This document shows positions 29,097-38,996 of a stretch of DNA of 64,000 nt, one piece after another. Source of the stretch: an uncultured Pseudomonadota bacterium. GTDB lineage: Bacteria > Oederibacteriota > Muellerivitia > Muellerivitales > Muellerivitaceae. Numbering within the stretch: the stretch's first letter is position 1; every line of letters starts with the position of its first letter. Under the pieces are notes generated by a model. The model saw nothing but the letters and a program-made list of their open reading frames with translations, was not told the DNA's origin and did no database searches. The stretch spans positions 224,001 to 288,000 of the forward strand of contig CAVYRH010000019.1 of NCBI GenBank assembly GCA_963770835.1. The letters are read 5' to 3'. A program made the position numbers and the translations under genes.

Positions 29097-29957
29097 CTAT
29101 TTTGGAAAAAGATGGTTTAAGAGGTAGGCTAACCGGACACCGGCTTTCTCCAACTGGCGGTCGGCAACCTCACGCATCTTACTGGAATAATAATCTTCCG
29201 GCAGGTCCCTTCCCCACCGGTTTTTCTCTAAAAGCGGCCCTTCGGGAAGTTCCTTATATATTTCGTTTTGGGCGATTAAAAAGCTCTCATAAGCCCAATC
29301 CGAGGCTTTTCCCCGGGCCCAGGCCTTTTCATCCTCGGGGCTTATCTCTTTTTCCAACTGGAAAGCCAGCCGACGGGGGTTTTCCTTGGCCTTGGGCTCC
29401 AAAAGATTGTCCCAGAACCCGTGGAGATCCACCCAGGTGTAATGCTCCGAATGGCCGGTAGGGCCGTAATACCGGAACCATTTCTCGTTTCCGCCCCGGT
29501 CCTTGTCATCGGCGCAGTGGAGGGGTTGGTGGACATCGCCCAGAAAATGAACAAGGAATTTCAATGCCTCCCTTTTGTCCCTTATGGAGGCAAACCGCTG
29601 GTCCAGGATGTCGCAGTCCTTCTCGATCTGGTCCACCACGCAGTCATGGTTCCGGCACACGTCCGCGATGTCGTACTCGCTTTGATCCTGGCGCACGTTC
29701 AAGTTGAAGAAATGCCAGGGAGCCGTTTCCGGGCGCATCCTCACGATGGCGTCAGCCCATGTGGAAACGGAAGCCAGATCCTGGTCCTGCCCCAGGATCT
29801 CCTCGACTGCCTTCCAGGCGCTTGGTTTTAACCGGTCCTGGGCGATGTACCCTACGGTTTGATGGCCCACATGGCCCCAGGCGCCTGACGGGGAGGGGGT
29901 GGCGAAAAAGCCGGTTCCCAAGAAGGCCCACAAGCCGATTCTTAAATAAATTTTCAT
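29097..29957 (-). CDS. Secreted S1/P1 nuclease
   Basis: Signal peptide then WGHVGH, WAD, HFLGDVHQPLH, DRGGN, LHGFWD. Confidence 0.92.
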   Translation of the reverse strand: MKIYLRIGLWAFLGTGFFATPSPSGAWGHVGHQTVGYIAQDRLKPSAWKAVEEILGQDQDLASVSTWADAIVRMRPETAPWHFFNLNVRQDQSEYDIADVCRNHDCVVDQIEKDCDILDQRFASIRDKREALKFLVHFLGDVHQPLHCADDKDRGGNEKWFRYYGPTGHSEHYTWVDLHGFWDNLLEPKAKENPRRLAFQLEKEISPEDEKAWARGKASDWAYESFLIAQNEIYKELPEGPLLEKNRWGRDLPEDYYSSKMREVADRQLEKAGVRLAYLLNHLFPK

Positions 29958-30196
29958 GAGGGTTGCACCTATCCGATTCATGGGTTGGCACATCGAATTA
30001 TAGCCATTCCTCTTCGGGCAAAACTGCCGAAATCCGGAATGAAAAGAAACGGCAAGTCAGGGGAATCGGAAGGATGAAGAATCAAATGGAAGGAACCGGC
30101 CTTTAAAACCCTAGACTTTGTTCTCTAGTTTTTTCCAAAAGGAGGATCAGCTCACCTATACCGAGGCCATAAGCCTTGTAGTTGCACCTTTAGGCA

Positions 30197-33100
30197 TTAG
30201 CGCAGTAAGAGGAGTTTTGCGATGGAACGTTGGTGGCTGTTAACGGTGATGACGACGTAGTAAAGGCCGCTGGCCAAGGGGGTTCCCCAATCATCTTGCA
30301 TGTAAATCTTGATCGGGCCGTAGGGCAGTGAGGGATATGGCTTCTCCTGCACCTTCCGGAAGGCCGTGGTGAATATCTGGACCTTAACGTCCGCCGTGCC
30401 CGTGTAAGCCGTCGGCATGACATTGACCGGTCCCCCGCTGGAGGGGTTGGGGAAAACAATCGGTGTCGTAACCGCCTGGGGCGTCGAAGTGATCGTCAGT
30501 GTCGGGCTGGACGTGGGGGTGACAGTCGGATGCGTCACTGTGACCGTGGCTCCCGCCACCGGCAACCCGCTGAACTGCGCCGCCTGGCCGTTAGTTCCAC
30601 TTGCCCCTGTCATGCTGAAGCCATAGGTTCCGTTGGCGTTCGACCCAAAATTAGCCGTCGCCGTATAAGTCACTCCCGCAGAGGGCAGGAGAGTCTCGTT
30701 GAAGACGAAAGTCGCCATCGTTCCTGCGAAGGTCGCTGAAGTAATCGACACCCCGTTCGCCCATAACGTCACTCCCGTGATGTCTGCCGGGTTCCCCGTT
30801 CCTGTCACCGTGAGGCTTAATCCCGTCATGTTGATCGTCGAAGTGCTGCTGGTGTTTGTCATGAGAACCTGTTGAACCGCCACATTGGTGGACCCGGACA
30901 GTTGGTTCGAGTTGCCCGGCGGGTTGGATCCTTGGGATGCCGCCACTGTTACCGCAGTGGGTGTCGAGGAAGGCGTAGTGGTCGGGGTGGCTGTATTCAC
31001 AAGGGTATTCGTCGGGGTGGCGGTTGCCGTGGAAGTCGTGGTTTGGGTGTTCGTGGGGGTAAGCGTGGCGGTAGCGGTTGTGGTCTGGGTGGGTGTGCCC
31101 GTGTTGATCAAAGTGTTCGTCGGAGTGCCGGTCGGTGTATTGGATGGGGTTCGGGTGGATGTCAATGTGGCGGTGTAAGTGGCGCTGTTGGTTGTGGTGA
31201 GGGTGGCGGTGGATGTGGCCGTCCGGGTTGGGGTGAAGGTCGGCGTAAGGGTGGCGGTCGAGGTGGGAGTTCCCGTATTGACCAAAGTAGCGGTCGGGGT
31301 CGAGGTTGCGGTAGAGGTGGCCGTATTCGCCAAGGTGTTTGTGGGGGTTGATGTCGCCGTAAACGTCGGGGTGGCAGTCGTGGAGGAAGTCGGCGTATTC
31401 GTAGTGGTCAAGGTCGCCGTGCGGGTGGCCGTCGAAGTGGCCGAATCGGTAGGCGTTTCGGTGGACGTGGAGGTGGAGGTTTTGGTGGCCGTCAAGGTCG
31501 GCGTGGAACTCGGGGTAAGGGTGGCGGTATCGGTGGCCGTGGGAAGGGTACCGGTGGGACTCGGCGTCGACGTGCCGGTATCGGTGGGGGTACTCGTGAT
31601 GGTGGCCGTGGGTGTTTTGGTGGTGGTCGAGCTCGGGGTAAAGCTGGGCGTCAAGGTGGGGGTGTAGGTTGCGGTAAAGGTCGCGGTAGACGTTGTGGTA
31701 TTGGTGGCCGTGTTGGCCAGTGTGTTCGTGGTCGTCGCGGTCGCGGTAAAAGTTGCGGTGCGGGTGGGGCTATTGGTTACGGTGTTGGTAGTGGTCGAGG
31801 TGGTTGTCAGAGTGGCCGTCTTGCTGGCGGTAGAGGTGGGTGTGCCCGTATTGACCAGCGTATTAGTGGCCGTTGCCGTGGGGGTCGAAGTAGTGGTTTG
31901 AGAGGGGCTATTGGTGACGGTGTTGGTAGCCGTCAAAGTGGCGGTTTTTGTCGTTGTAGAGCTGAGTGTGGAAGTTGGGGTGAAAGTGTTCTGAGCTGTG
32001 TTCGTGGCGGTTGAAATCGCGGTATTGGTGACGGTCGGAGTGGGGGTGAAAGTCGGCGTGGAGGTTGCGGTGTTGGCCACGGTGTTCGTCGGGCTGTTGG
32101 TTCGTGTGGAAGAAGGCGTGGCGGTGGGGGTTAACGTTGGGGTGTTCGTTAAAGTATTGGCAATTGTGTTGGTGGCGGTGGAAGTTACGGTCTTAGTGGC
32201 GGTAGCGCTAGGGGTTAAAGTGGGCGTATTGCTCGCGGTGGGCGACGGGGTTTTAGTCAACGTGTAAGTAGGACTGGGAGAAGGGGTATTCGTGGGCGTA
32301 TAGGTCGGCGTAGTGGCCACCTGCGAGGGCGTGGGGGTGATGGGGAAAGACGAACCCGAAAGGCAGAAGTCATTGACCGAGAACCCGAGGGTCGTGGGGG
32401 CTCCTTGTGTTTCCCATTGGAAGGAAATGATTTGGGTCATGGCTGCGGACTGGAACACCGTAGCTCCGCCGCTGGCGGTCGGAGGGCAGGCGCCTGTGCC
32501 GCCACACCAGTCCTGGAATTCCATTCCGGCTAGGGGAATGCTTTCCTGGACCCAGGTGTTGGCCTGATTGACGACGAAATTTAAGCCGTATTGGTTGCCG
32601 TTGCCGCCGCCGGGTAGCACGGTACCATTCCAAGTCACGGGCTGCTGGTTGATGAGGGGGTTGCTGGCCTGGAACCGGAGGGTCACCGGGGCCACTGAGG
32701 TCCGGATATAGAACGAAAAATTCGTTACCCAGCTCAAGTTGGTGTAACCCTGGGTAAGTTCGGTGGCTAATCCGAACCCGGCGTAGGTAGCTGGGCTGGA
32801 GGTTCCGTTTTCGCTGTAACCACCGGAGACAAAGGCTGAATAGGTTTCCCCAAAAGGCCCTGCATAAGAATTGTTCAGGATGGTCGAACAAGCATCATTA
32901 GTGTCGGGACAGCTCATGTAGGAAAGCCAGGGGGTCTCGGGCGCACCGCTTCCCAAAGTAGTCCACCGGAAAGTAAACCATTTGCCGTTCAGGGTGTTAA
33001 CGGCGCTGGGATAGGGATAAGTGGGTGCAGTCGTGAAATTGGAGACCATGAAGCAGCCGCCCTGGGTGGGCGTGGCGGTGGGGGTATAGGTCGGCCCGCC

Positions 33101-34219
33101 GAGCGCGGTGTCGCAGGCCGGGTTGGCCGTACCTGTCAACGAGTTCTTGACAGGTACCCCGTGGTAGGCAGTGGCAGTGTAATTCCAATCCGAAATCAGG
33201 GTGGGGGGACCGGAGGTGTCCATCGTCCAAGCGGTCCAGCTGAGGTTGTTGGTATTAAGGTAACTGATGAAATTGTTGTCCCAAGTTCCCCCGTCAGGCG
33301 AGCAAGTGGAGCAGAGCCCGAACTCACCCACAAGGAAGGGATAGGTGGTCGTCGAAGCATTGACGGTCTGGTTTCCGTTATTGGAATAGATATGGGAATC
33401 GTACAAGACACCGTATCCGGTGGAATCGGTAAGGGGAAAGTTCGGTAGGATCGTGGAAAAATCGTTGCAGTAGGCCAACCCTCCTGCCAAGACGATGTTT
33501 TTTGGGCTTCCGGTCGCTCCCCTCACCGCAGCCAGCAAAGCCTTCATGCCCGGCGTGTTGAAGGAACCAGCCGATCCGCCGTTCAGCCAAACCGAGGCCG
33601 AAACCCCGTAGGGTTCGTTGTAAAGGTCGAACATAACCGCTGGGTTGTTGGCGTATCGGGCAGCTACGCTGCTCCAAAAGGTCACTGCGTTGTAGTCGGC
33701 CATTTCCTGTTGGGCGCTGGCGGTTCCCCAGCCTGCACCGGTGGTTGGAGCAGTCGCGGTACTGGATGTGCCCGACCAGTGAAGGTCCAAAATCACATAG
33801 CAGTTATTCTCGGAGCAGGTGTTGACGAGGTTATCCACAAGGGTGCGGTAACTGTCAGGATAGAAGAACCAACGGTCCTGGCTCAAAGGCAAACGGATCA
33901 CATTGCATTTCCACGTCGAAATGGCTTCGGCCGCAACGCCGGTGACCCCGCCTGTCGCTCCGGCGACATCGGTTCCAAACTCAAGACCGTCGATGTCCAC
34001 TCCCCTCAAGCGCACGGTGCATCCGCTGCTGTTATTGACGATGGCGGCTCCGTTGATTTTGAGTTGGGGAGGGGCGGCCTGTGCCGCATGGCCCAAAACG
34101 AGGAAAAGAAAGGCGACCCACGTGAATAAAAGGGCTGATGAGATTTTTTTGTTCCGGTCGGAAATAAAACCGCTTAAAACGTTTTGACCGAGGTGGCGAT
34201 CAAGAAAAGAGAACTTCAA
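30197..34219 (-). CDS. Secreted GH5 endoglucanase-like enzyme with CBM-like domain, ~450-aa Thr/Pro stalk, Ig-like domain and T9SS-CTD-like C-terminus
   Basis: IRLPL, ILDLHW, DLYNEP, HIY, VGEFG, WTAW motifs; TTG start with GGAGG; C-terminal FPNP...FTTAFRKV...PLASGLYYVV...KLLLLR. Confidence 0.88.
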   Translation of the reverse strand: MKFSFLDRHLGQNVLSGFISDRNKKISSALLFTWVAFLFLVLGHAAQAAPPQLKINGAAIVNNSSGCTVRLRGVDIDGLEFGTDVAGATGGVTGVAAEAISTWKCNVIRLPLSQDRWFFYPDSYRTLVDNLVNTCSENNCYVILDLHWSGTSSTATAPTTGAGWGTASAQQEMADYNAVTFWSSVAARYANNPAVMFDLYNEPYGVSASVWLNGGSAGSFNTPGMKALLAAVRGATGSPKNIVLAGGLAYCNDFSTILPNFPLTDSTGYGVLYDSHIYSNNGNQTVNASTTTYPFLVGEFGLCSTCSPDGGTWDNNFISYLNTNNLSWTAWTMDTSGPPTLISDWNYTATAYHGVPVKNSLTGTANPACDTALGGPTYTPTATPTQGGCFMVSNFTTAPTYPYPSAVNTLNGKWFTFRWTTLGSGAPETPWLSYMSCPDTNDACSTILNNSYAGPFGETYSAFVSGGYSENGTSSPATYAGFGLATELTQGYTNLSWVTNFSFYIRTSVAPVTLRFQASNPLINQQPVTWNGTVLPGGGNGNQYGLNFVVNQANTWVQESIPLAGMEFQDWCGGTGACPPTASGGATVFQSAAMTQIISFQWETQGAPTTLGFSVNDFCLSGSSFPITPTPSQVATTPTYTPTNTPSPSPTYTLTKTPSPTASNTPTLTPSATATKTVTSTATNTIANTLTNTPTLTPTATPSSTRTNSPTNTVANTATSTPTFTPTPTVTNTAISTATNTAQNTFTPTSTLSSTTTKTATLTATNTVTNSPSQTTTSTPTATATNTLVNTGTPTSTASKTATLTTTSTTTNTVTNSPTRTATFTATATTTNTLANTATNTTTSTATFTATYTPTLTPSFTPSSTTTKTPTATITSTPTDTGTSTPSPTGTLPTATDTATLTPSSTPTLTATKTSTSTSTETPTDSATSTATRTATLTTTNTPTSSTTATPTFTATSTPTNTLANTATSTATSTPTATLVNTGTPTSTATLTPTFTPTRTATSTATLTTTNSATYTATLTSTRTPSNTPTGTPTNTLINTGTPTQTTTATATLTPTNTQTTTSTATATPTNTLVNTATPTTTPSSTPTAVTVAASQGSNPPGNSNQLSGSTNVAVQQVLMTNTSSTSTINMTGLSLTVTGTGNPADITGVTLWANGVSITSATFAGTMATFVFNETLLPSAGVTYTATANFGSNANGTYGFSMTGASGTNGQAAQFSGLPVAGATVTVTHPTVTPTSSPTLTITSTPQAVTTPIVFPNPSSGGPVNVMPTAYTGTADVKVQIFTTAFRKVQEKPYPSLPYGPIKIYMQDDWGTPLASGLYYVVITVNSHQRSIAKLLLLR

Positions 34220-34587
34220 AAGAGCCTCCGTAATGATATAAAAGGCCCCTCCCCACGGCAGTGGAGATGGATTAAGTTAATTTTAACTCAATTATTCCAA
34301 CAGTGGGCGCGGACTGATGGAATTTCCGGGATCAAATTTAACGAGCAACCAGGGTAAATAAAAAATAATTTTCAAATTCAAAAAAACAACCGATCACAGA
34401 AGGCGTTCCGTCCATCCAACTTTCTCTTTTCCCTTCTTTTAGAAGATAAAGCGGGATCGTAAAAATCCCGCTCCACTCTTTAAAGCCTATTCGGGACGAA
34501 AATGAAAATCTCCCTCTATCAACCATAAACGAAGCTATAATCACTTTTCTAGTTAATTGCGGAGTCATTTCAATCGGGGAGAGAGTA

Positions 34588-35220
34588 ATGAAGTTTAAAC
34601 TTTTTTCGGCCCTATCGGTGATCCTTTTCATGGTGGTGCTTCAAACATTTTTGGGTTGTAGCCGCGCGGCTCCAACCCTAGCACCCACCATCCCTCCCCA
34701 AATGATTTGGAGTAACGGATCTGTAGGAATTTGGTTCAACAATGCCTTAACGGCTAATACGGGAGGCTGCAACACGACCGGCTCAACCGTTGCAGTCACT
34801 GATCCCATTTCGGGAGATACCAACACCCTTCGTTTGACCGCAACGGGTGCCTGTGGGTTTTACTATTTCTCTGCCACCGCCGACGCAAACCCTTTTGTTT
34901 ACTATTCCACGGGCCACTTGCAGTTTGACATCCGCTTGGAACAACCCCCAGCTAACATCACGTCCATGAATATTCAATACCTCAATTATTTGGTCACCGG
35001 GAATTACGCCGAATATAATTTCCCTGTGAGTTTCATTAATTCCCTCAGCACATCCTCCTTTACCCATGTTTCCCTGCCCTTTACATCTTTTACGGCGGCA
35101 ACGACGGGGGGAAATGGGTACTACCAGAACAGCGTCGATACGCCCTTTCAAATTTCCTGGAGCGCCACTGGTTCCGGAACCGCGATGACGGTTGACGATG
35201 TCGTTTGGACGTCGAATTAG
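34588..35220 (+). CDS. Lipoprotein with probable beta-sandwich carbohydrate-binding domain
   Basis: Lipobox FLGC; GHLQFDIRL, HVSLPF, TVDDVVW; divergent from the GH5 gene. Confidence 0.55.
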   Translation: MKFKLFSALSVILFMVVLQTFLGCSRAAPTLAPTIPPQMIWSNGSVGIWFNNALTANTGGCNTTGSTVAVTDPISGDTNTLRLTATGACGFYYFSATADANPFVYYSTGHLQFDIRLEQPPANITSMNIQYLNYLVTGNYAEYNFPVSFINSLSTSSFTHVSLPFTSFTAATTGGNGYYQNSVDTPFQISWSATGSGTAMTVDDVVWTSN

Positions 35221-35371
35221 CTTCCAGGTTTGAATCGGCTCAAGTAGAGGCTGAAGCCGGGTCCTGGTCCAGCCCCAGTATCTTCTGATCGTCTTCCAGG
35301 CTTAAGGCGTTAACCTTTCCCGGGCGCTTTCACCGCAACCCTTTTTTTATGCCCACCCTGGCCCCACAAAC

Positions 35372-35403
35372 AAAAAAGCCCGGGGAAACTTCCCGGGCTT
35401 TTT
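35372..35403. terminator. Bidirectional intrinsic terminator
   Basis: A6-GCCCGGG..CCCGGGC-T5 between convergent genes. Confidence 0.85.
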
Positions 35404-35426
35404 AAAATTACTAACTCCTCACTCAG

Positions 35427-36527
35427 CTATCTTACCTTGATCGGTTCTCCCGCCTTAGCGTACTTGGCGATAAAGGCCTCCACGAGCTCATGGGCTTCCG
35501 AGTCCGAATATTGGACAGGCGGCGTCTTGAAGAAATAAGAGGAAGGTCCTTCCAGGGCCCCGGCCAACTTGGAATCCAAAGCCAGCCTGCAGCAACGGAT
35601 GGCGTCGATGCCGACTCCTGCGCTATTGGGCGAATCCCACACTTCCAGTTTCAGTTCGATGCTCACCGGTACGTCGCCGAATTCCCGGCCTTCCAGGCGG
35701 ATATGGGCCCATTTACGGTCCTGCAGCCACGGCACATAATCCGAGGGGCCGATGTAGATGTCCTCCGGTTTAATGGGATGTGACAACTGGCTGACCACCG
35801 CCCCCGTCTTGGAGATTTTTTTGGATTCTAGCCTTTCCCTTTCCAACATGTTCTTGAAATCCATATTGCCGCCGAAGTTCAGCTGGGAGGTCCGGTCCAA
35901 GGCGACACCCCGGTCGGAGAACATCTTGGCGAGTACCCGGTGAGTAATGGTGGCCCCAACTTGGGCCTTGATATCGTCGCCCAGGATGGGCAGGCCAGCC
36001 GCTTCGAATTTCTTGGCCCAAGCTGGGTTGGAGGCAATGAAGACCGGCATGCAATTGACGACTCCCACCCCTGCCTTGATGGCCTCATTCATGTAAAACT
36101 TGGTAGCTTCCTCGCTGCCAACCGGAAGGTAATTGATGAGCACGTCGGTCTTGGTTTCCGTAAGGATCTTGGCTACATCCATCGGTTTCTCCGACGATTC
36201 AGTCACGACTTCCCGGTAGTACTTGCCCAGTCCGTCATAAGTATGTCCGCGGTACACCTGCACACCCAGGTTGGGAACATCGCAGAACTTAATGGTGTTG
36301 TTGATGGGGGCAAAAATGGCCTGGCCCAAGTCTTTCCCGACCTTGTTGGAGTCCACGTCGAAGGCGCAGGAGAATTCGACATCGCCCACGTGGTATTTGC
36401 CCAGCCGGACGTGCATCAGGCCGGGAACAAAGCCCTCTTCCTCGGCGTTTTGGTAATAGCGCACCCCCTGAACCAAGGATGAGGCGCAACAACCCACACC
36501 GACGACGGCCACTCGAATTTTAGGCAT
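35427..36527 (-). CDS. ino1: myo-inositol-1-phosphate synthase
   Basis: [54 protein letters not shown]. Confidence 0.95.
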   Translation of the reverse strand: MPKIRVAVVGVGCCASSLVQGVRYYQNAEEEGFVPGLMHVRLGKYHVGDVEFSCAFDVDSNKVGKDLGQAIFAPINNTIKFCDVPNLGVQVYRGHTYDGLGKYYREVVTESSEKPMDVAKILTETKTDVLINYLPVGSEEATKFYMNEAIKAGVGVVNCMPVFIASNPAWAKKFEAAGLPILGDDIKAQVGATITHRVLAKMFSDRGVALDRTSQLNFGGNMDFKNMLERERLESKKISKTGAVVSQLSHPIKPEDIYIGPSDYVPWLQDRKWAHIRLEGREFGDVPVSIELKLEVWDSPNSAGVGIDAIRCCRLALDSKLAGALEGPSSYFFKTPPVQYSDSEAHELVEAFIAKYAKAGEPIKVR

Positions 36528-36557
36528 GAACTCGAAGCCTCCTGAAAGAATGACAAC

Positions 36558-37163
36558 CTACCTACCGCCAAGACGGCGCGTTTTGCTCCAAACCCAGTGT
36601 ATTCTCTGCCCTATCGTTACCAGGGACAAAATCCCCACCAATGCCAAGACCCCGGAAAGCCAACCTGCCATGAGCCCCAAAGCCAACAATATCACCCTTC
36701 CCGGCCTAGGCAATATCCCTACTTCACATTTTATCCCAAGGCCCTCGGCCCGGGCCCGGGTGTAGGAAACCAACAACGACAATATACAGACGCTAAAAGA
36801 CAGCAAAAGGTTCAGAAATTCCTGATGCTGGCCATAATACAATAGAAAACCTCCAAAAACGAAGGCTTCTGAAATGCGGTCCAGGGTGGAATCCCAAAAA
36901 GCTCCAAAAGGCCCCAGCAGGCCGCTGTTACGGGCAATGGAGCCGTCCAGGATATCGAAAACCCCCCCACCCAAAAGCCACAGGCCCGCCGCGAGCCAAT
37001 TTTCCCTGAGTGTTTCCACCGGCACCATCAGCGTCACCAGCACTCCAGTCAAAGTCACCAGGTTGGGGTGGATTTTAAGGGAAGTCAAAAAACAGGTAAG
37101 GGGAGAAAGAGTGCGGTCAATCCACGATTTAAGGCCGTTCTTTTTCCGGGAAAAAGTCTTGAT
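36558..37163 (-). CDS. CDP-alcohol phosphatidyltransferase, probable phosphatidylinositol-phosphate synthase
   Basis: HPNLVT, DILDGSIAR...GAFWDSTLDRISE, SYTRARAE; adjacent to ino1; start uncertain (ATC 37163 or TTG 37088). Confidence 0.85.
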   Translation of the reverse strand: MKTFSRKKNGLKSWIDRTLSPLTCFLTSLKIHPNLVTLTGVLVTLMVPVETLRENWLAAGLWLLGGGVFDILDGSIARNSGLLGPFGAFWDSTLDRISEAFVFGGFLLYYGQHQEFLNLLLSFSVCILSLLVSYTRARAEGLGIKCEVGILPRPGRVILLALGLMAGWLSGVLALVGILSLVTIGQRIHWVWSKTRRLGGR

Positions 37164-37181
37164 GGAGCCGCTCCGTGAGTT

Positions 37182-37919
37182 TTATTTGAGCGAGAACCGT
37201 TCGCCGAGGTAAATTTCCCTGGCCTTTTTGTTGGAAGCCAGTTTGTTCGCCGTGCCTGAGAGAAGAATCTTGCCCTCGAACATGATATAGGCCCGGTCCA
37301 CGATGGAAAGGGTCTCCCGGACGTTGTGGTCGGTGATGAGGATGCCGATCTGTTTTTTCTTGAGAAACCGGATGATGCCCTGGATGTCCTGCACGGCGAT
37401 CGGATCGATCCCGACGAAAGGTTCGTCCAAGAGGATGAAGTGGGGCTGTAGCACCAGGGCCCGGGCGATTTCCACCCGCCGCCTCTCCCCGCCCGAAAGG
37501 GTATAGGCTTTCTGCTTGGCCAAGTGTGAAACCTTCAATTCATTAAGCAGTTCCTTCTTCCGTTTTTCCTGGTCCACTCGCGAGAGAGGCGTCAACTCCA
37601 GGATTGCCATGAGGTTTTCCTCTACTGTCAGTTTTCGGAAAATGGAAGCTTCCTGCGGCAGGTAGGCTATTCCTAGGCGCGCCCGCTTATACATAGGCAT
37701 GTGGGTAATGTCGTGGGTGGTGCCGTCCTCCTCGAAAAAAACCTGCCCCGCGTCGGGAGCGATAAACCCGGTGGCCATGTAAAAGGTGGTTGTTTTGCCT
37801 GCGCCATTGGGGCCCAACAAGCCCACCACTTCACCCTGTTGGACTTCGATGGAAACGTGGTCCACGACCTTTTTTTTGTTGTAAAGCTTCACGAGGTTCT
37901 GGGTTCGAAGGACTTTCAT
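37182..37919 (-). CDS. lptB: LPS export ABC transporter ATPase
   Basis: GPNGAGKTT, YLPQEASIFRKL, LSGGERRR, ITDHNVRETL. Confidence 0.96.
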   Translation of the reverse strand: MKVLRTQNLVKLYNKKKVVDHVSIEVQQGEVVGLLGPNGAGKTTTFYMATGFIAPDAGQVFFEEDGTTHDITHMPMYKRARLGIAYLPQEASIFRKLTVEENLMAILELTPLSRVDQEKRKKELLNELKVSHLAKQKAYTLSGGERRRVEIARALVLQPHFILLDEPFVGIDPIAVQDIQGIIRFLKKKQIGILITDHNVRETLSIVDRAYIMFEGKILLSGTANKLASNKKAREIYLGERFSLK

Positions 37920-37954
37920 AAATACCTTTTCAAGAACGTTTTAACTCCGGGCGG

Positions 37955-38992
37955 CTACCAAAGTGGGCCTCCCGGCCTTAATTGGCCCTGGCCGGGGATA
38001 CCGACCGGCGTCGCGGACGGTTGAGTGGAATCATTATGGCTTAAATTACCGTTGTCCGCCACGGGCGTGCCGGTGCCATTGGGGGCGCTGGGACCACCAC
38101 GCCCGGTGACCGGCCCGCCCGCCGCCTTAGTGGTCACGGGCTTCCCATTGGGATTGAAGATCGCGTCGGCCATCCCTTCGACCATGACGGTTCGGTCCAT
38201 GCCAAGATCGGCGGTGATCCGGCGGCCGGAAAGCAACCCATTGTCGGTATAAACCTTGGGACCGTCCTCCAGGATGAACTTGTCCTCCTTGGAAAGAAAC
38301 GTGGCCTTTTGCGCCTCGGCCGTTCCTTCTTTATGGAGAATTTGGACATTTTGATTGATGACCACTGTTTTCCTCACGGAGTCGATCTCCATTTGCCGGC
38401 CCAGGACCGTGATGGGCTGGTTGTTTTCGTCCTGTGTTGTTAAAAGAGGGTGATCATGGGCCGTCATCAGGTCCATCAGGTCCTGGTATTCGAGGTTGCC
38501 GCAAGTGAGAGTAATGCCCTGGCTGTGGTCCACCACTACAACGTGACCGGCGGCGGTGGCCTGCCGGTTTTCCTCCAGGGCCCGGATTTGATCGGCCAGG
38601 AGAACTACCTGATCATGGATGGCCTTTACATTGCCCGTAAAGAGGGTAAGCCCTTGGCGGCGCTCAAACGTCAAATCATGGGATGTAATATTGACCGGCT
38701 TTTGAGAGGAAACATCCCGGTCGTCCTTGACTTCGAAGGCATGAAGTAAGCCTGCCGCTCCCCCCAAAAAGGCGAGGAGCACCGAAAACCCCAAAACTCT
38801 AAAAGGGTTCAGGAAAAATAATTTTGCACCCTGTCGGTAGCCACGGGTTAGGAGTGAATCACGACGCAGATATGCTACCCACTTCAACTTTTTGAAAAAT
38901 TGAATGGAAAATGGGTACGTCCCAATGCCCTTTGGGTTTTTTGGGCCAAAGAGGCATCGGAGAAAATTCTGTCTTTGAGGCTTTTTCATCAT
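37955..38992 (-). CDS. lptA: LptA/OstA-family LPS transport protein (start probably overextended)
   Basis: PVNITS..L, FTGNVKA, A.GHVVV beta-jellyroll repeats; between lptC and lptB. Confidence 0.75.
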   Translation of the reverse strand: MMKKPQRQNFLRCLFGPKNPKGIGTYPFSIQFFKKLKWVAYLRRDSLLTRGYRQGAKLFFLNPFRVLGFSVLLAFLGGAAGLLHAFEVKDDRDVSSQKPVNITSHDLTFERRQGLTLFTGNVKAIHDQVVLLADQIRALEENRQATAAGHVVVVDHSQGITLTCGNLEYQDLMDLMTAHDHPLLTTQDENNQPITVLGRQMEIDSVRKTVVINQNVQILHKEGTAEAQKATFLSKEDKFILEDGPKVYTDNGLLSGRRITADLGMDRTVMVEGMADAIFNPNGKPVTTKAAGGPVTGRGGPSAPNGTGTPVADNGNLSHNDSTQPSATPVGIPGQGQLRPGGPLW

Positions 38993-38996
38993 CTAG

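Noticed and set aside
30010..30070. GGGCAAA...GAAA resembling a c-di-GMP-I riboswitch
   Set aside because: The stem around GAAA does not pair and the second hairpin is missing; an Infernal search with Rfam RF01051 would settle it
30950..32340. Repetitive DNA suggestive of a CRISPR or satellite array
   Set aside because: Degenerate Thr/Pro codon repeats within a CDS; no constant repeat with unique spacers and no cas genes
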